Shown here piece after piece: positions 28,713-37,930 of a stretch of 60,204 nucleotides of DNA. Source of the DNA: Deinococcaceae bacterium. GTDB taxonomy: Bacteria > Deinococcota > Deinococci > Deinococcales > Trueperaceae. Both the position numbers and the translations under genes were made by a program. The stretch covers positions 1 through 60,204 of the forward strand of contig JBDZWC010000001.1 in NCBI GenBank assembly GCA_040256005.1, written 5' to 3'. Within the stretch, counting starts at the first letter, position 1; each line of letters opens with the position of its first letter. The notes under the pieces are model-generated. The model did no database searches and was not told the origin of the DNA. It saw nothing but the letters and a program-made list of their open reading frames with translations.

Positions 28713-29786
28713 CTACCCGCCGGCCCCGAACTCGAGTCGGGGCTGTGCGGCAGCGGAGGCTGCTTCCGACAGCTCGGCCACCGCCACGCCCAACAACCGC
28801 ACCGGCGCCCTCGGCCCCTCGGTCTCGAACGCCAACCTGCGCGCCAGTACCAGCAGGTGGGCACGCTGCGAGAAAGGTACCGGTTCGGTGTGGCTGCGCG
28901 TCACCGTGCGGAAGTCGTCGAAGCGGATCTTGACAGTCACCCGTCTGGCCGCCAGGCCGCGCCGTTCCAGGCTGGTCATCACGTCCGCACACAGTTCCTG
29001 CAGTACCGCGTCGAGACCGGCGTCCTCCGTGATATCCACGTCGAACGTGGTCTCCGATCCGATCGACTTGCGGGGCTGGTTCGGTACGACGGGCCTGTCG
29101 TCGATGCCGTTGACGATGTCGTGCAGGAACGCGCCGAACTTGCCCAGGGCGGCCTCGAGTCGCTCGCGCCCTGCCGCCTTGAGGTCGGCTCCCGTCGTCA
29201 GGCCGAGGCCGCGCAGTTTCGCGGCCGTGCGAGGTCCCACGCCGTGGAACCGCTCGACAGGCAGCGGCATCAGGATCGCATCGGCCTCATCCGGGGTGAT
29301 CACGCTCAGGCCGTCCGGTTTCGAGAGGCCGCAGGCCAGCTTGGCCAGGAACTTCCCCGTCGACACGCCAGCCGATGCCGTGAGCCCGGTCGCCTGCTTC
29401 ACCTCGGCCTTTATCGCGCGCGCGATGAGCGTGGCCGAGGCCGGACCCTGCTTCGGCTGCGTGACGTCGAGGTATGCCTCGTCGAGGGCCAGGGGCTCGA
29501 CCAGGTCGGTGTAGCGGTGGAAGACCTCCCTCACCTGGGACGAGACCCCCCTGTAGACGTCGAACCGAGGTCTGACGACGAGCAGCTCCGGACACGCCCG
29601 CAAGGCGCGAGCCATCGGCATGGCGGAGCGCACGCCGAAGGCACGCGCCTCGTAGCTGGCGGCCGCCACGACGGCCCGCGGTCCGGTACCGCCGACCGCT
29701 ACGGGCTTGCCGCGCAGCTCCGGTCTGTCGCGCTGCTCGACCGAGGCGTAGAAGGCGTCCATGTCGACGTGGACGATCTTCCGCAC
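28713..29786 (-). CDS. dinB: DNA polymerase IV (Y-family)
   Basis: GTG start. MRKIVHVDMDAFYASVEQRD, SIDEAYLDV-type motif (ALDEAYLDV), and little-finger region. Confidence 0.9.
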   Translation of the reverse strand: MRKIVHVDMDAFYASVEQRDRPELRGKPVAVGGTGPRAVVAAASYEARAFGVRSAMPMARALRACPELLVVRPRFDVYRGVSSQVREVFHRYTDLVEPLALDEAYLDVTQPKQGPASATLIARAIKAEVKQATGLTASAGVSTGKFLAKLACGLSKPDGLSVITPDEADAILMPLPVERFHGVGPRTAAKLRGLGLTTGADLKAAGRERLEAALGKFGAFLHDIVNGIDDRPVVPNQPRKSIGSETTFDVDITEDAGLDAVLQELCADVMTSLERRGLAARRVTVKIRFDDFRTVTRSHTEPVPFSQRAHLLVLARRLAFETEGPRAPVRLLGVAVAELSEAASAAAQPRLEFGAGG

Positions 29787-29790
29787 GGCC

Positions 29791-30717
29791 TCACGCAGCC
29801 CGAGCCTGTCGCAGGTGAACGGCCCTGAGGACCGCCAGGGTCAGCGCGGCATCGGCTCCGCCACGGTGTGATTGTGACCCCGCCAGCACGCCCTCTACGA
29901 CAGCGGCACGCGACAGCCGCAGGCCGCCGCTTCCCACGCCGCGGCAGACCGCGTAGGCGCGCATCGCGCACTCGAAACCGGGTAGAGGGTGCGGGATCGC
30001 CCAAGCACGGCTCGATTGCACGACGAGACGCTCATCGAACGCGGCGTTCCAGGCGAGGACCCGGCGGCCTGCGAGAGCGTCGGCCAGGTCGTCGACGACC
30101 TCCGGCCAAGTGGGCGCGCCGCACAGCCGCTGCCAGGTAAGGCCGTGGATGCGCGCCGCTGCGGCGGGGACTCGACCGAGCTTGGGCCTCACCAGGCTCT
30201 CGAACAAGACGTCGCCGTCGCTCCCGACGGCCGCGACCTCGACGACCTCGTCCCGGGCAGAGAGGCCGGTCGTCTCCACGTCGATGATCGCGAAGCCTTC
30301 GCGGAACAGCTCGGTCAACCAGCGCCGCGGCTCGCGCCCCAGCGAGGGCTGGCGCCAACGGGCTTGAGGAGCGGGGGTGTAGTTGCGGACGCGCCTCGCT
30401 TCGGCGATGCCAGCCGCGGTCGCGCGTCGAGCGGCCCGGCTCGCGGCGGCACCGTCCGCGGGCGCACCGCGCGGTCTGAGCCACATGTCGCCACGTAGGC
30501 GACGCGCCTCGGTCGTGCTGTAGAGCGCCACCACCCCGGACGAGGTCTCGAGCCAGCCAGCCACCGCTCCGCGCACGTGGTAACCGTGCCGGGCCAACTC
30601 CGCTTCGGTTCGCAGGTCGCGAGGCACCTCGGCCGGCCGTACGAAGACGCGTGTGTCGCGTGCCGGGTCCGGTCCAGCCGGTCGTTCTCGCGTGTCGTCG
30701 CCGCTCAACTCGCGCAC
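29791..30717 (-). CDS. DEDDh 3'-5' exonuclease (DnaQ-like) with an unassigned ~140-aa N-terminal region
   Basis: ExoI is IIDVETTGL, ExoII is AWNAAFDERL, ExoIII is HRGGADAAL. Its TGA lies 4 nt upstream of the dinB GTG. Confidence 0.75.
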   Translation of the reverse strand: MRELSGDDTRERPAGPDPARDTRVFVRPAEVPRDLRTEAELARHGYHVRGAVAGWLETSSGVVALYSTTEARRLRGDMWLRPRGAPADGAAASRAARRATAAGIAEARRVRNYTPAPQARWRQPSLGREPRRWLTELFREGFAIIDVETTGLSARDEVVEVAAVGSDGDVLFESLVRPKLGRVPAAAARIHGLTWQRLCGAPTWPEVVDDLADALAGRRVLAWNAAFDERLVVQSSRAWAIPHPLPGFECAMRAYAVCRGVGSGGLRLSRAAVVEGVLAGSQSHRGGADAALTLAVLRAVHLRQARAA

Positions 30718-30808
30718 AATCCTACCCCCGGCGCAGCGGCGGGCCGCCGGCGGCCCGATCGAGCCTCGCGCCTATGATGAGGGCGATCTTCGATCCGGAG
30801 GTGCTGCC

Positions 30809-31255
30809 ATGCAGGCGAGACGGACCGTCAGACAGCTCGTGCACGACAAGGGCGTCGCCGTCTACACGGTGTTGCCGGACGAGACGGTGTTCAGGGCGTT
30901 AGAGGTCATGGCCGAGCACGACGTCGGAGCGCTGGTCGTCGTGGACGAAGGCGCCGTCGTCGGCGTGTTCTCCGAACGCGACTACGCACGCAAGGTCATA
31001 CTGCTGGGCCGTGGCTCCCGCGACCTGGCGGTGCGCGTCGTCATGTCGGGAGACGTAGTCACCGTCGGGCCGGAGCAGACGGTCGCCGACTGCATGCGAC
31101 TGATGACCGACAACCGTGTCCGTCATCTGCCCGTGGTGGAGGACGACCGGTTGGTGGGGATCGTCTCGATCGGGGACGTCGTCAAGGCCGTCATGTCGGA
31201 GCAGGAGTTCCTGATCGAACAGCTGCAGGAGTACATCTCAGGCGGCTTGCGTTAG
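30809..31255 (+). CDS. CBS-pair domain protein
   Basis: ATG 30809 lies 8 nt after GGAG. Two CBS motifs (VGALVVVDEGAVVGVFSERD and VRHLPVVEDDRLVGIVSIGD). Confidence 0.8.
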   Translation: MQARRTVRQLVHDKGVAVYTVLPDETVFRALEVMAEHDVGALVVVDEGAVVGVFSERDYARKVILLGRGSRDLAVRVVMSGDVVTVGPEQTVADCMRLMTDNRVRHLPVVEDDRLVGIVSIGDVVKAVMSEQEFLIEQLQEYISGGLR

Positions 31256-31358
31256 TGAGTGGGGCGCTATTCCGCGTCCACGAGGCACTTCCTTCCTTAT
31301 GACATAAAGGACTATCAAAACTGTCGCCATGGTGCTACCGTGACAGCGGGAGCACGAC

Positions 31359-32573
31359 ATGCCGAACAGATACGTACTCGTCGGCGGTGGGCTCGCGGCG
31401 GACGCGGCCGCCAAGGCCATCCGCTCAGCCGACCCCCAGGGCAACATCACGTTGGTGACGGCCGAGGAGGTCGGGCCGTACCGGCGGCCGCACCTGACCA
31501 AAGCGCTGTGGAACGGCGGGACGCTCGACAAGGCGATGCTGAACACGCACAAGCATGGCGTGGAGCAGCTGGCCGGCCGTACCGCCACCGCGATCGACAC
31601 GGGTTCCAAGGTCGTCGCGCTCGACGATGGTCGAGAGCTGCCGTACGACCAGTTGCTCATCGCGACGGGGGCGCACGCCCGCACCCTGCCCGGTCTTCCA
31701 GCGGGTGGGCCCGTCGTCGCGTACCGCTCGCTGGCCGACTACCACCAGGCGCGGTCCAGGTCCGGCCCGGGCAAGAAGGCGCTCGTCATCGGCGGCGGTT
31801 TCGTCGGCGCCGAGTTAGCGGCGGGGCTCGTGAACGCCGGCACCGAGGTTCACATGGCGTTCCCCGAGGACGGGTTGGGTGCCAACCGTTTCCCTAGCGG
31901 TCTCTCCGGAGCGGTGACCGAGCGCTACGTAGAGCGCGGCGTGACCGTACGTCCCGGCGTCTTGGTCGCGTCGGCGGAGGAGCGGGCCGACGAGGCGGAG
32001 GTGACCCTGAGCGACGGGACCTCCGGCGTCTACGACCTCGTGGCCGTCGGCGTCGGGGCGGAGCCCAACCTCGACCTGGCAAGAGCGGCTGGGCTCGCTT
32101 CCAACGGCGGGATCGACGTCGATTCCGCCCTGCGCGTGCTGGATAGGTCGGGCCGCCCCGTGCCGGGCGTCTTCGCGGCGGGCGACGTCGCCTCGTTCCC
32201 CTGGCCACAGCCGCTGTCCCGATCTCGGATCGAGCATGAGGACGCTGCGGTACAGATGGGGCAGCACGCCGGGCGCCAGATGGTCGTTGCCGCCGATGGT
32301 GGTGCGCCCGTGAACTTCGACCATCTACCGTTCTTCTACTCGGACCTCTTCTCCGACGGCTACGAAGCCGTCGGCGTCCTCGACGGCCGACTCGACCTCG
32401 TCGAGGATTGGAAGACGCCGCAGACGGAAGGGGTCGTCTATTACCTGGACGCCGGCAAGGTCGTCGGCGTCCTGCTGTGGAACACGTGGGGCCAAGTGGA
32501 CGCCGCGAGGGAGCTGATCCTCGCCAACGAGCGCGTCGAGCCGGCCGCGCTGAAGGGAAGGCTGCCGCGATGA
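31359..32573 (+). CDS. FAD-dependent pyridine nucleotide-disulfide oxidoreductase (ferredoxin-reductase/AIF-like)
   Basis: FAD Rossmann motif YVLVGGGLAADAAA, NAD(P) Rossmann motif ALVIGGGFVGAELA, and second FAD motif VFAAGDVA. Confidence 0.8.
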   Translation: MPNRYVLVGGGLAADAAAKAIRSADPQGNITLVTAEEVGPYRRPHLTKALWNGGTLDKAMLNTHKHGVEQLAGRTATAIDTGSKVVALDDGRELPYDQLLIATGAHARTLPGLPAGGPVVAYRSLADYHQARSRSGPGKKALVIGGGFVGAELAAGLVNAGTEVHMAFPEDGLGANRFPSGLSGAVTERYVERGVTVRPGVLVASAEERADEAEVTLSDGTSGVYDLVAVGVGAEPNLDLARAAGLASNGGIDVDSALRVLDRSGRPVPGVFAAGDVASFPWPQPLSRSRIEHEDAAVQMGQHAGRQMVVAADGGAPVNFDHLPFFYSDLFSDGYEAVGVLDGRLDLVEDWKTPQTEGVVYYLDAGKVVGVLLWNTWGQVDAARELILANERVEPAALKGRLPR

Positions 32574-33316
32574 TCACCGCACGCACGCAGACCCAGGCGC
32601 AGCGGCACGCCGCCGGCCGGCGCCTCGCCGATCAGTTCGAGCCCATCGCAACGGCGCCGGCCGTCGGCGTCGTGCTGGTGGAGGAACGCGTGCTGCGGGC
32701 TGGCGAGCGGCTCTATGCCGAAGGGGAGCCGGCCACCGTCCCGTTCTTGGTCCGGGACGGCGTCCTGCGCGTCAGCGTGGACGCGCAGGGTCGCAGTCGG
32801 CTTGTCGACCTGGTGGGTAGAGGAGACGTGATCGGTACCGCAGCTGTCGAGGACCGCCCGCATGCGGAGAGCGTCGACGCCGCTGAGACGGGGGCCACGG
32901 TCCAAGTAATCGACCTGGCCGCGACCCTCGCCGGGAAGGAGCACAGGCAGGCGTTCGTCTCCGCTCTCGTCAGACAGTTGGTGCGGAGCAGGCAGCTCGC
33001 GGACGACCTCGGGCTGCCGATGGGCGCGAGGATATGCCGGATCCTGGCACGTCTAGCGGAGCGGCTCGGTGAGGAGTTCCAGGGGCCGAGCGCGCCCGAA
33101 CGGGGCGACGTGCCACCCTCCGGCTGGCGACACCTGCCGTTCAGCCTCACGCACGATGACGTCGCCCTCATGGCCGGCTGCGCCCGCGTGACCGCGACGC
33201 GCGTGCTTGGAGAGCTGAAGGAGGCCGGTGTGCTGGAAGGTGCGCGTGGCGACTACGCGTTGGTACCGGCAGCGCTCGACGAGGCCGCCGACCGTTACGT
33301 CTGGGACGTCATCTGA
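32570..33316 (+). CDS. Crp/Fnr-family transcriptional regulator
   Basis: ATG 32570 overlaps the upstream TGA (ATGA). It has a cNMP-binding beta-barrel region and a C-terminal HTH (LTHDDVALMAGCARVTATRVLGELKEAGVL). Confidence 0.75.
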   Translation: MITARTQTQAQRHAAGRRLADQFEPIATAPAVGVVLVEERVLRAGERLYAEGEPATVPFLVRDGVLRVSVDAQGRSRLVDLVGRGDVIGTAAVEDRPHAESVDAAETGATVQVIDLAATLAGKEHRQAFVSALVRQLVRSRQLADDLGLPMGARICRILARLAERLGEEFQGPSAPERGDVPPSGWRHLPFSLTHDDVALMAGCARVTATRVLGELKEAGVLEGARGDYALVPAALDEAADRYVWDVI

Positions 33317-33479
33317 GGCTCAGACCGCCGCGGGCGTCCGCTGCGCCCGGCGCCAACCGAGCTGCCTTCGGGTCCAAGCGTCGTCCTGCCCCTCACACGT
33401 CACATGAGACCGTTGCTGGCGGGGCCAACCGAGTGAAAAACCCTTGGATGCGCCGTGTCTGGCGTGATAGAACCTGGGC

Positions 33480-33773
33480 ATGAACAAAACTGAACTCGCC
33501 GCGAAACTCGCCAAGAAGACCGGTCTCTCCGAAGCCAAGGCCTACGAGGTCGTCAACGCGATCTTCTCGACCGCCGATGGCGAAGGCATCATCGCCGTCG
33601 AGCTGGACGCCGGCCGCAAGGTGCAGATCACCGGCTTCGGCACCTTCGAGACCCGCAGCCGCGGCGAACGTAAGGGCGTGAACCCGGGCACCGGCAAGCC
33701 CATCACCATCCCGGCCAAGAAGTACGCCGCCTTCAAGACGGGCAAGGGCCTCAAGGAGCGCGTCGAGAAGTAA
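33480..33773 (+). CDS. hup: DNA-binding protein HU
   Basis: MNKTELAAKLAKKTGLS...GFGTFETRSRGERKGVNPGTGKPITIPAKKYAAFKTGKGLK is a canonical HU/IHF-fold sequence. Confidence 0.95.
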   Translation: MNKTELAAKLAKKTGLSEAKAYEVVNAIFSTADGEGIIAVELDAGRKVQITGFGTFETRSRGERKGVNPGTGKPITIPAKKYAAFKTGKGLKERVEK

Positions 33774-33838
33774 ACGCGCTCGTCAGGGTGGTGCTTCGGC
33801 GTCGTGTGCGGTGCTAGGCGACCACCCGGACCGGACGA

Positions 33839-34189
33839 TCAGCCGGCTACGACCTTGAAGTCGTGGCCGGCTTCCTGTTCCAGAGGTTGGATGTGTCTTC
33901 GAGCCCAGGCGTCGATCGATCCGATCACGGCCTGCAGCTCCTTGCCTGCGGCTGTCAGCTCGTAACGCGTGCGCGGCGGCATGGTCGACTCCACGGACTT
34001 GTCGACGATCCCGAGGCGCTCGAGGCGCTCGAGGCGCTGCGTGAGGGTGGCCGTGTTGACACCGCCCACGTCCCGCGCGATCGCGTTGAAGCCGAGCGGA
34101 CCGGCCAGAAGTGCCCGGATGATGTGCATGACCCACTTCTCCTGAAGAAGGTCGATGGACGCATGTACCGGGCAGAACTCGTCGTTCAC
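33839..34189 (-). CDS. HxlR-family transcriptional regulator
   Basis: CPVHASIDLLQEKWVMHIIRAL..FNAIARDVGGVNTATLTQRLERLERLGIV is the HxlR wHTH signature. I prefer GTG 34189. The track start TTG 34234 would place AT-rich promoter-like DNA inside the gene. Confidence 0.8.
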   Translation of the reverse strand: MNDEFCPVHASIDLLQEKWVMHIIRALLAGPLGFNAIARDVGGVNTATLTQRLERLERLGIVDKSVESTMPPRTRYELTAAGKELQAVIGSIDAWARRHIQPLEQEAGHDFKVVAG

Positions 34190-34321
34190 GAAGCAGAGCC
34201 TAGCATGAAGTTGGCAATACCAAGCACTTGACAATACAAAGCGCTTTATATTACGGTGTGTCTATCGAGGCGGTGCGCCGAGCGTCCACCCGCCCGAAAA
34301 TCACGACAACTGGAGCGCTAG

Positions 34322-34867
34322 ATGAGCCTGAAACTGGACACAACGCACAGCAGCCTTGAGTTCTCCGTTCGCCACATGGGTCTGGCGACCGTGAAGGGTC
34401 AGTTCAAAGACTTCTCTGTCGACGCCGAGGTGGCCGAAGACGGCATCCCTCGCAGCGTGCGCGTAGTGATAGACGCCGCCTCCATCGATACCGGCTCCGC
34501 CGATCGCGACGCACACCTCAGGTCTGCTGACTTCTTCGCTGTCGATAAGAACCCGCAGATCGTCTTCGAGTCCACCCAGTTCAACGAAGACGGGCCTGAT
34601 TACCTCGTCATTGGCTCGCTGACGATGAACGGCGTCACCAAGCCGGTAACGTTCCGAGCCCAGGTCTCCGGCCCCGTGAAGGACCCTTGGGGCAACGACC
34701 GCTTCGCCGCCGAGCTGGAAGGCCAGCTCGACCGCCGTGACTTCGGCCTGACGTGGAACCAGGTGCTGGAGGCGGGTGCGCTGCTCGTGAGCGAGCGGGT
34801 GCGCTTCAACGCGGCGGTACAGCTCGTGCGCGCACCGAAGGAGGCCGGGGAAGCCGTCACCGCCTGA
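34322..34867 (+). CDS. YceI-family polyisoprenoid-binding protein
   Basis: LDTTHSSLEFSVRHMGLATVKGQFKDF...IDTGSADRDAHLRSADFF is the YceI signature. Divergent from the HxlR gene. Confidence 0.85.
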   Translation: MSLKLDTTHSSLEFSVRHMGLATVKGQFKDFSVDAEVAEDGIPRSVRVVIDAASIDTGSADRDAHLRSADFFAVDKNPQIVFESTQFNEDGPDYLVIGSLTMNGVTKPVTFRAQVSGPVKDPWGNDRFAAELEGQLDRRDFGLTWNQVLEAGALLVSERVRFNAAVQLVRAPKEAGEAVTA

Positions 34868-34911
34868 GGCGGCGCCCGGCAGCTAGCAGATGGCGGCGCC
34901 GGCGGCGACCG

Positions 34912-35484
34912 TCAGCTGGCCGCCCCCGCGATGAGCGAGGCCGCCGCGCTCTTCGCGAGCTCGGCGGCCTGCGCGTTCCCTTTGACGAGCACGACCACGC
35001 TGGCGCCCTCCAGCAGCATCAGCAGCTGCTGAGCCAAGCCCGCGGGGTCGTTCAGGCCGGCCTCGCGCGCCTGATCCTCGAAGTAGCGTTCGATCCTGTG
35101 ACCGTGCGCCTGAGCGAACGGTCGCGCCGCGTTGAGCTGTCCGCCGAGCTCGAACGTGGCGGATACGAGTGGGCTGCCCCTGAAGTCGGGGCTGGCCGCC
35201 CAGTCGATGAAGAGGTCGAACACGGCGAGCATGCGACCGAGTGGCTCGGTGGCCATGTCCTTCGCCTTGTCCAGCCACTCGTCTCGCTCGGCTGTCCGTC
35301 GCTCGAGCACCGCCTTGATCAGGGCGTCCTTCGAGGGGAAGTGGTGGTAGAGGGTCATGCGCGCCACGCCAGCGCGGGCGATGATCTCGTTGATGCCGAC
35401 GTTGGACACGCCGCGCGCGTAGAAGAGCCGCGCAGCCGTGTCCAAGAGTCGCTCCGCGGCTCCCGACCTACCCTGATCGCTCAT
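34912..35484 (-). CDS. TetR-family transcriptional regulator
   Basis: ATG 35484. The N-terminal HTH is FYARGVSNVGINEIIARAGVARMTLYHHFPSKDAL. Confidence 0.85.
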   Translation of the reverse strand: MSDQGRSGAAERLLDTAARLFYARGVSNVGINEIIARAGVARMTLYHHFPSKDALIKAVLERRTAERDEWLDKAKDMATEPLGRMLAVFDLFIDWAASPDFRGSPLVSATFELGGQLNAARPFAQAHGHRIERYFEDQAREAGLNDPAGLAQQLLMLLEGASVVVLVKGNAQAAELAKSAAASLIAGAAS

Positions 35485-35592
35485 GTGGACCGATGATACG
35501 TACCGGTCGGTCTGATGACAAGGGCCCGGTGGGCACGGCGCGTCCGACGGCACTGTTCGCCGCGCGCGGGCACGGCGTTGGCCGCCGCCGGC

Positions 35593-37467
35593 TCAGGCTG
35601 CCATGGTCTCCTCGGCGGTGCGAGTGAGACCCACGGCGGCCAGGATCTCCGGCTCGTCGAGCGACTCGCGTTCCAGCAGCGCGCGGGTGAGCGAGTCCAG
35701 ACGGTCCCGGTTCGACCTCAACAGCTCGAGCGCCTGGGCGTAGCTTTCCTCGACGATCCGGCGTACCTCGGCGTCGACCTGTCTGGCGAGGTCCTCGCTG
35801 AGCGGCCTGGCTGCCGGAGCCGGTCCGTTGCCGCTCAGGTACGGGTCGTCGCGCGAGGCGAGCGAGAGGGGCCCGACACCTGCCATGCCCCACCTGGTCA
35901 CCATCATGCGAGCCAGCTTGGTGACCTGCTCGAGGTCGTTCTCCGCACCGGTCGTGCGATCGCCGTAGATCAGTTCCTCCGCTGCGCGGCCGCCTAAAGC
36001 GCCGATGATGCGCGCTCTGACGTACCCCTCCGAGAAGTTGTACCGGTCGTCCTCCGGGCTCTGGTAGGTCACGCCAAGAGAGTGACCGCGAGGGGTGATC
36101 GTCACCCGGGTGACCGGGTCGGCCTCGGGCACCACCAGACCCAGGACCGCGTGTCCGGCCTCGTGGTAGGCGATCCTCTCGCGGTCGCTACGCCTCAGCA
36201 CGAGCGGCCTCTTGGGCCCGAGCACGAGCTTCTCGAGGGCTTCCTCGAAGTCCTTGACCGTGACGCTGGCGCCGTCTCTGCGTGCCGCCGCGAGCGCGGC
36301 CTCGTTCACCAGGTTGCGGAGCTCCGCGCCAACCAGCCCGGGCGTCCGCGCCGCCAGCGCGGGCAGATCGACGTCCTCCGCCAACGGCACGTCGCGGGTA
36401 TGCACCTGCAGGACGGCCAGCCGACCGGCCTTGTCCGGCGCCTGGACCGTGACCGTACGGTCGAACCGGCCCGGGCGCAGCAGAGCGGGGTCGAGAACGT
36501 CGGGCCGGTTGGTCGCGGCCAAAACGATGACGCCTTCTTGAGCCGAGAAGCCGTCCATCTCGGTGAGGATCTGGTTGAGCGCCTGCTCCTGTTCGGCGTT
36601 CGCCCCCGAGTAACCGCCCGTTCCGCGCGCTCGTCCGATGGCGTCGAGCTCGTCTATGAACACGATCGCCGGCTCCTCCTCCCGAGCCCTCTTGAAGAGG
36701 TCGCGCACCCTGCTGGCCCCGACCCCGACGATCATCTCGACGAACTCCGAAGCGTTCATGCTGAGGAACGGCACCCCCGCCTCGCCCGCCACGGCCTTCG
36801 CGAGCAGCGTCTTGCCGGTACCGGGTGAGCCCACCAGGAGTACGCCCTTGGGGGCCACTCCACCGAGCCGCGTGTACTTGTCCGGGTTGCGCAAGAAGTC
36901 GACGACCTCGACGAGCTCCTGTTTCGCCTCATCGATGCCTGCGACGTCAGCGAACGTGATGGTGTGGTTGCCGCCCTCGAAGCGCCTCGGGTCGCTCCGC
37001 CCGATGGCGAGGCCGAAGTTGCCACCCAGGCGCTTGATCAGCCAGAAACCGCCGGCGACCAGCAACAGGGCCGGCAACGCCTGTAGCGCGAAGGCGACGA
37101 GCGGGTCACGCTTCGGGTTCACGGGCACCGCGCTCACCTCGACGGCGTGCTCGGCTAGGACCTGACCCAGCTCCGGCAGCGCGAAGGCCGGCAGCGTCGT
37201 TGTGAACTCCGTCAGCGTCAGTGGCCCAGAGGCACCGACGAGCGTGGCCGGTTCCCTGAGCGACACCCGCAGCGTGTCGTCGTGCGCCGTCACGGTGGTG
37301 ACGTTGCCCGCCCTGACCTGCGAGAGGAACGCGGTGTAGGACACCTCTGACGGTCCACGGCGGGTCAGGTAAGCAGCCAGGATGACGCCCATGACGACGA
37401 GCACCGCGGCGACCAGTCCGATGACCACCAGCTTGCGGCCGCGGGGGAGAGGCTGGCCGGCGCTCAT
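35593..37467 (-). CDS. ftsH: ATP-dependent zinc metalloprotease FtsH
   Basis: ATG 37467 overlaps the MarR TGA (ATGA). Two TM segments. Walker A GSPGTGKTLLAKA, Walker B IVFIDELDA, SRH region, and Zn motif HEAGHAV. Confidence 0.9.
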   Translation of the reverse strand: MSAGQPLPRGRKLVVIGLVAAVLVVMGVILAAYLTRRGPSEVSYTAFLSQVRAGNVTTVTAHDDTLRVSLREPATLVGASGPLTLTEFTTTLPAFALPELGQVLAEHAVEVSAVPVNPKRDPLVAFALQALPALLLVAGGFWLIKRLGGNFGLAIGRSDPRRFEGGNHTITFADVAGIDEAKQELVEVVDFLRNPDKYTRLGGVAPKGVLLVGSPGTGKTLLAKAVAGEAGVPFLSMNASEFVEMIVGVGASRVRDLFKRAREEEPAIVFIDELDAIGRARGTGGYSGANAEQEQALNQILTEMDGFSAQEGVIVLAATNRPDVLDPALLRPGRFDRTVTVQAPDKAGRLAVLQVHTRDVPLAEDVDLPALAARTPGLVGAELRNLVNEAALAAARRDGASVTVKDFEEALEKLVLGPKRPLVLRRSDRERIAYHEAGHAVLGLVVPEADPVTRVTITPRGHSLGVTYQSPEDDRYNFSEGYVRARIIGALGGRAAEELIYGDRTTGAENDLEQVTKLARMMVTRWGMAGVGPLSLASRDDPYLSGNGPAPAARPLSEDLARQVDAEVRRIVEESYAQALELLRSNRDRLDSLTRALLERESLDEPEILAAVGLTRTAEETMAA

Positions 37468-37907
37468 GCCGACTCCTCGAGGACCGACAGGGCCCTGAAG
37501 AGCTGCTCCACGCGGCGCTTGCCCAGCACGCCCATACGGGGCTCCAGGGACCGCGCCAGACAGTCCTGGCTCTCCTTCACGACGCGCTTGCCTTGAACCG
37601 TGAGCGAGACGCGGAAGCGTCTGAGGTCGACCGAGTCGACCGCACGCTGCACGAGCCCGCGCCCCTCCAGGCCGCGCAGTAGCCGGCTGACCGTGGAAGC
37701 GGGGATACCGGTGGACCGCGCCACGACCGTAGGGTGGGCGGTGCTCTCCAGCTCGTTCAGGACGATGAGCTCTTGGAAGTTCAGACCCAGGCGGGAAGCG
37801 CAACCTTCGCTATACGCCACCAGGGCTCGACGGGCGCGCTGCAGGCTCGCGAGTAGACGGAGAGCAGCGTCGCGCTCGGTAGTGGGAACTGTGAAAGGCG
37901 GTGTCAC
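37464..37907 (-). CDS. MarR-family transcriptional regulator
   Basis: wHTH pattern LNFQELIVLNELESTAHPTVVARSTGIPASTVSRLLRGLEGRGLV. GTG start. Translationally coupled to ftsH. Confidence 0.85.
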   Translation of the reverse strand: MTPPFTVPTTERDAALRLLASLQRARRALVAYSEGCASRLGLNFQELIVLNELESTAHPTVVARSTGIPASTVSRLLRGLEGRGLVQRAVDSVDLRRFRVSLTVQGKRVVKESQDCLARSLEPRMGVLGKRRVEQLFRALSVLEESA

Positions 37908-37930
37908 GCCCGAGGATATCCCACCACCGA

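Noticed and set aside
35485-35592. Possible TetR operator GACCGA-N13-TCGGTC just upstream of the TetR start.
   Set aside because: The arms are only 6 bp and GC-rich, so they are easily found by chance in this DNA. The spacing is atypical.
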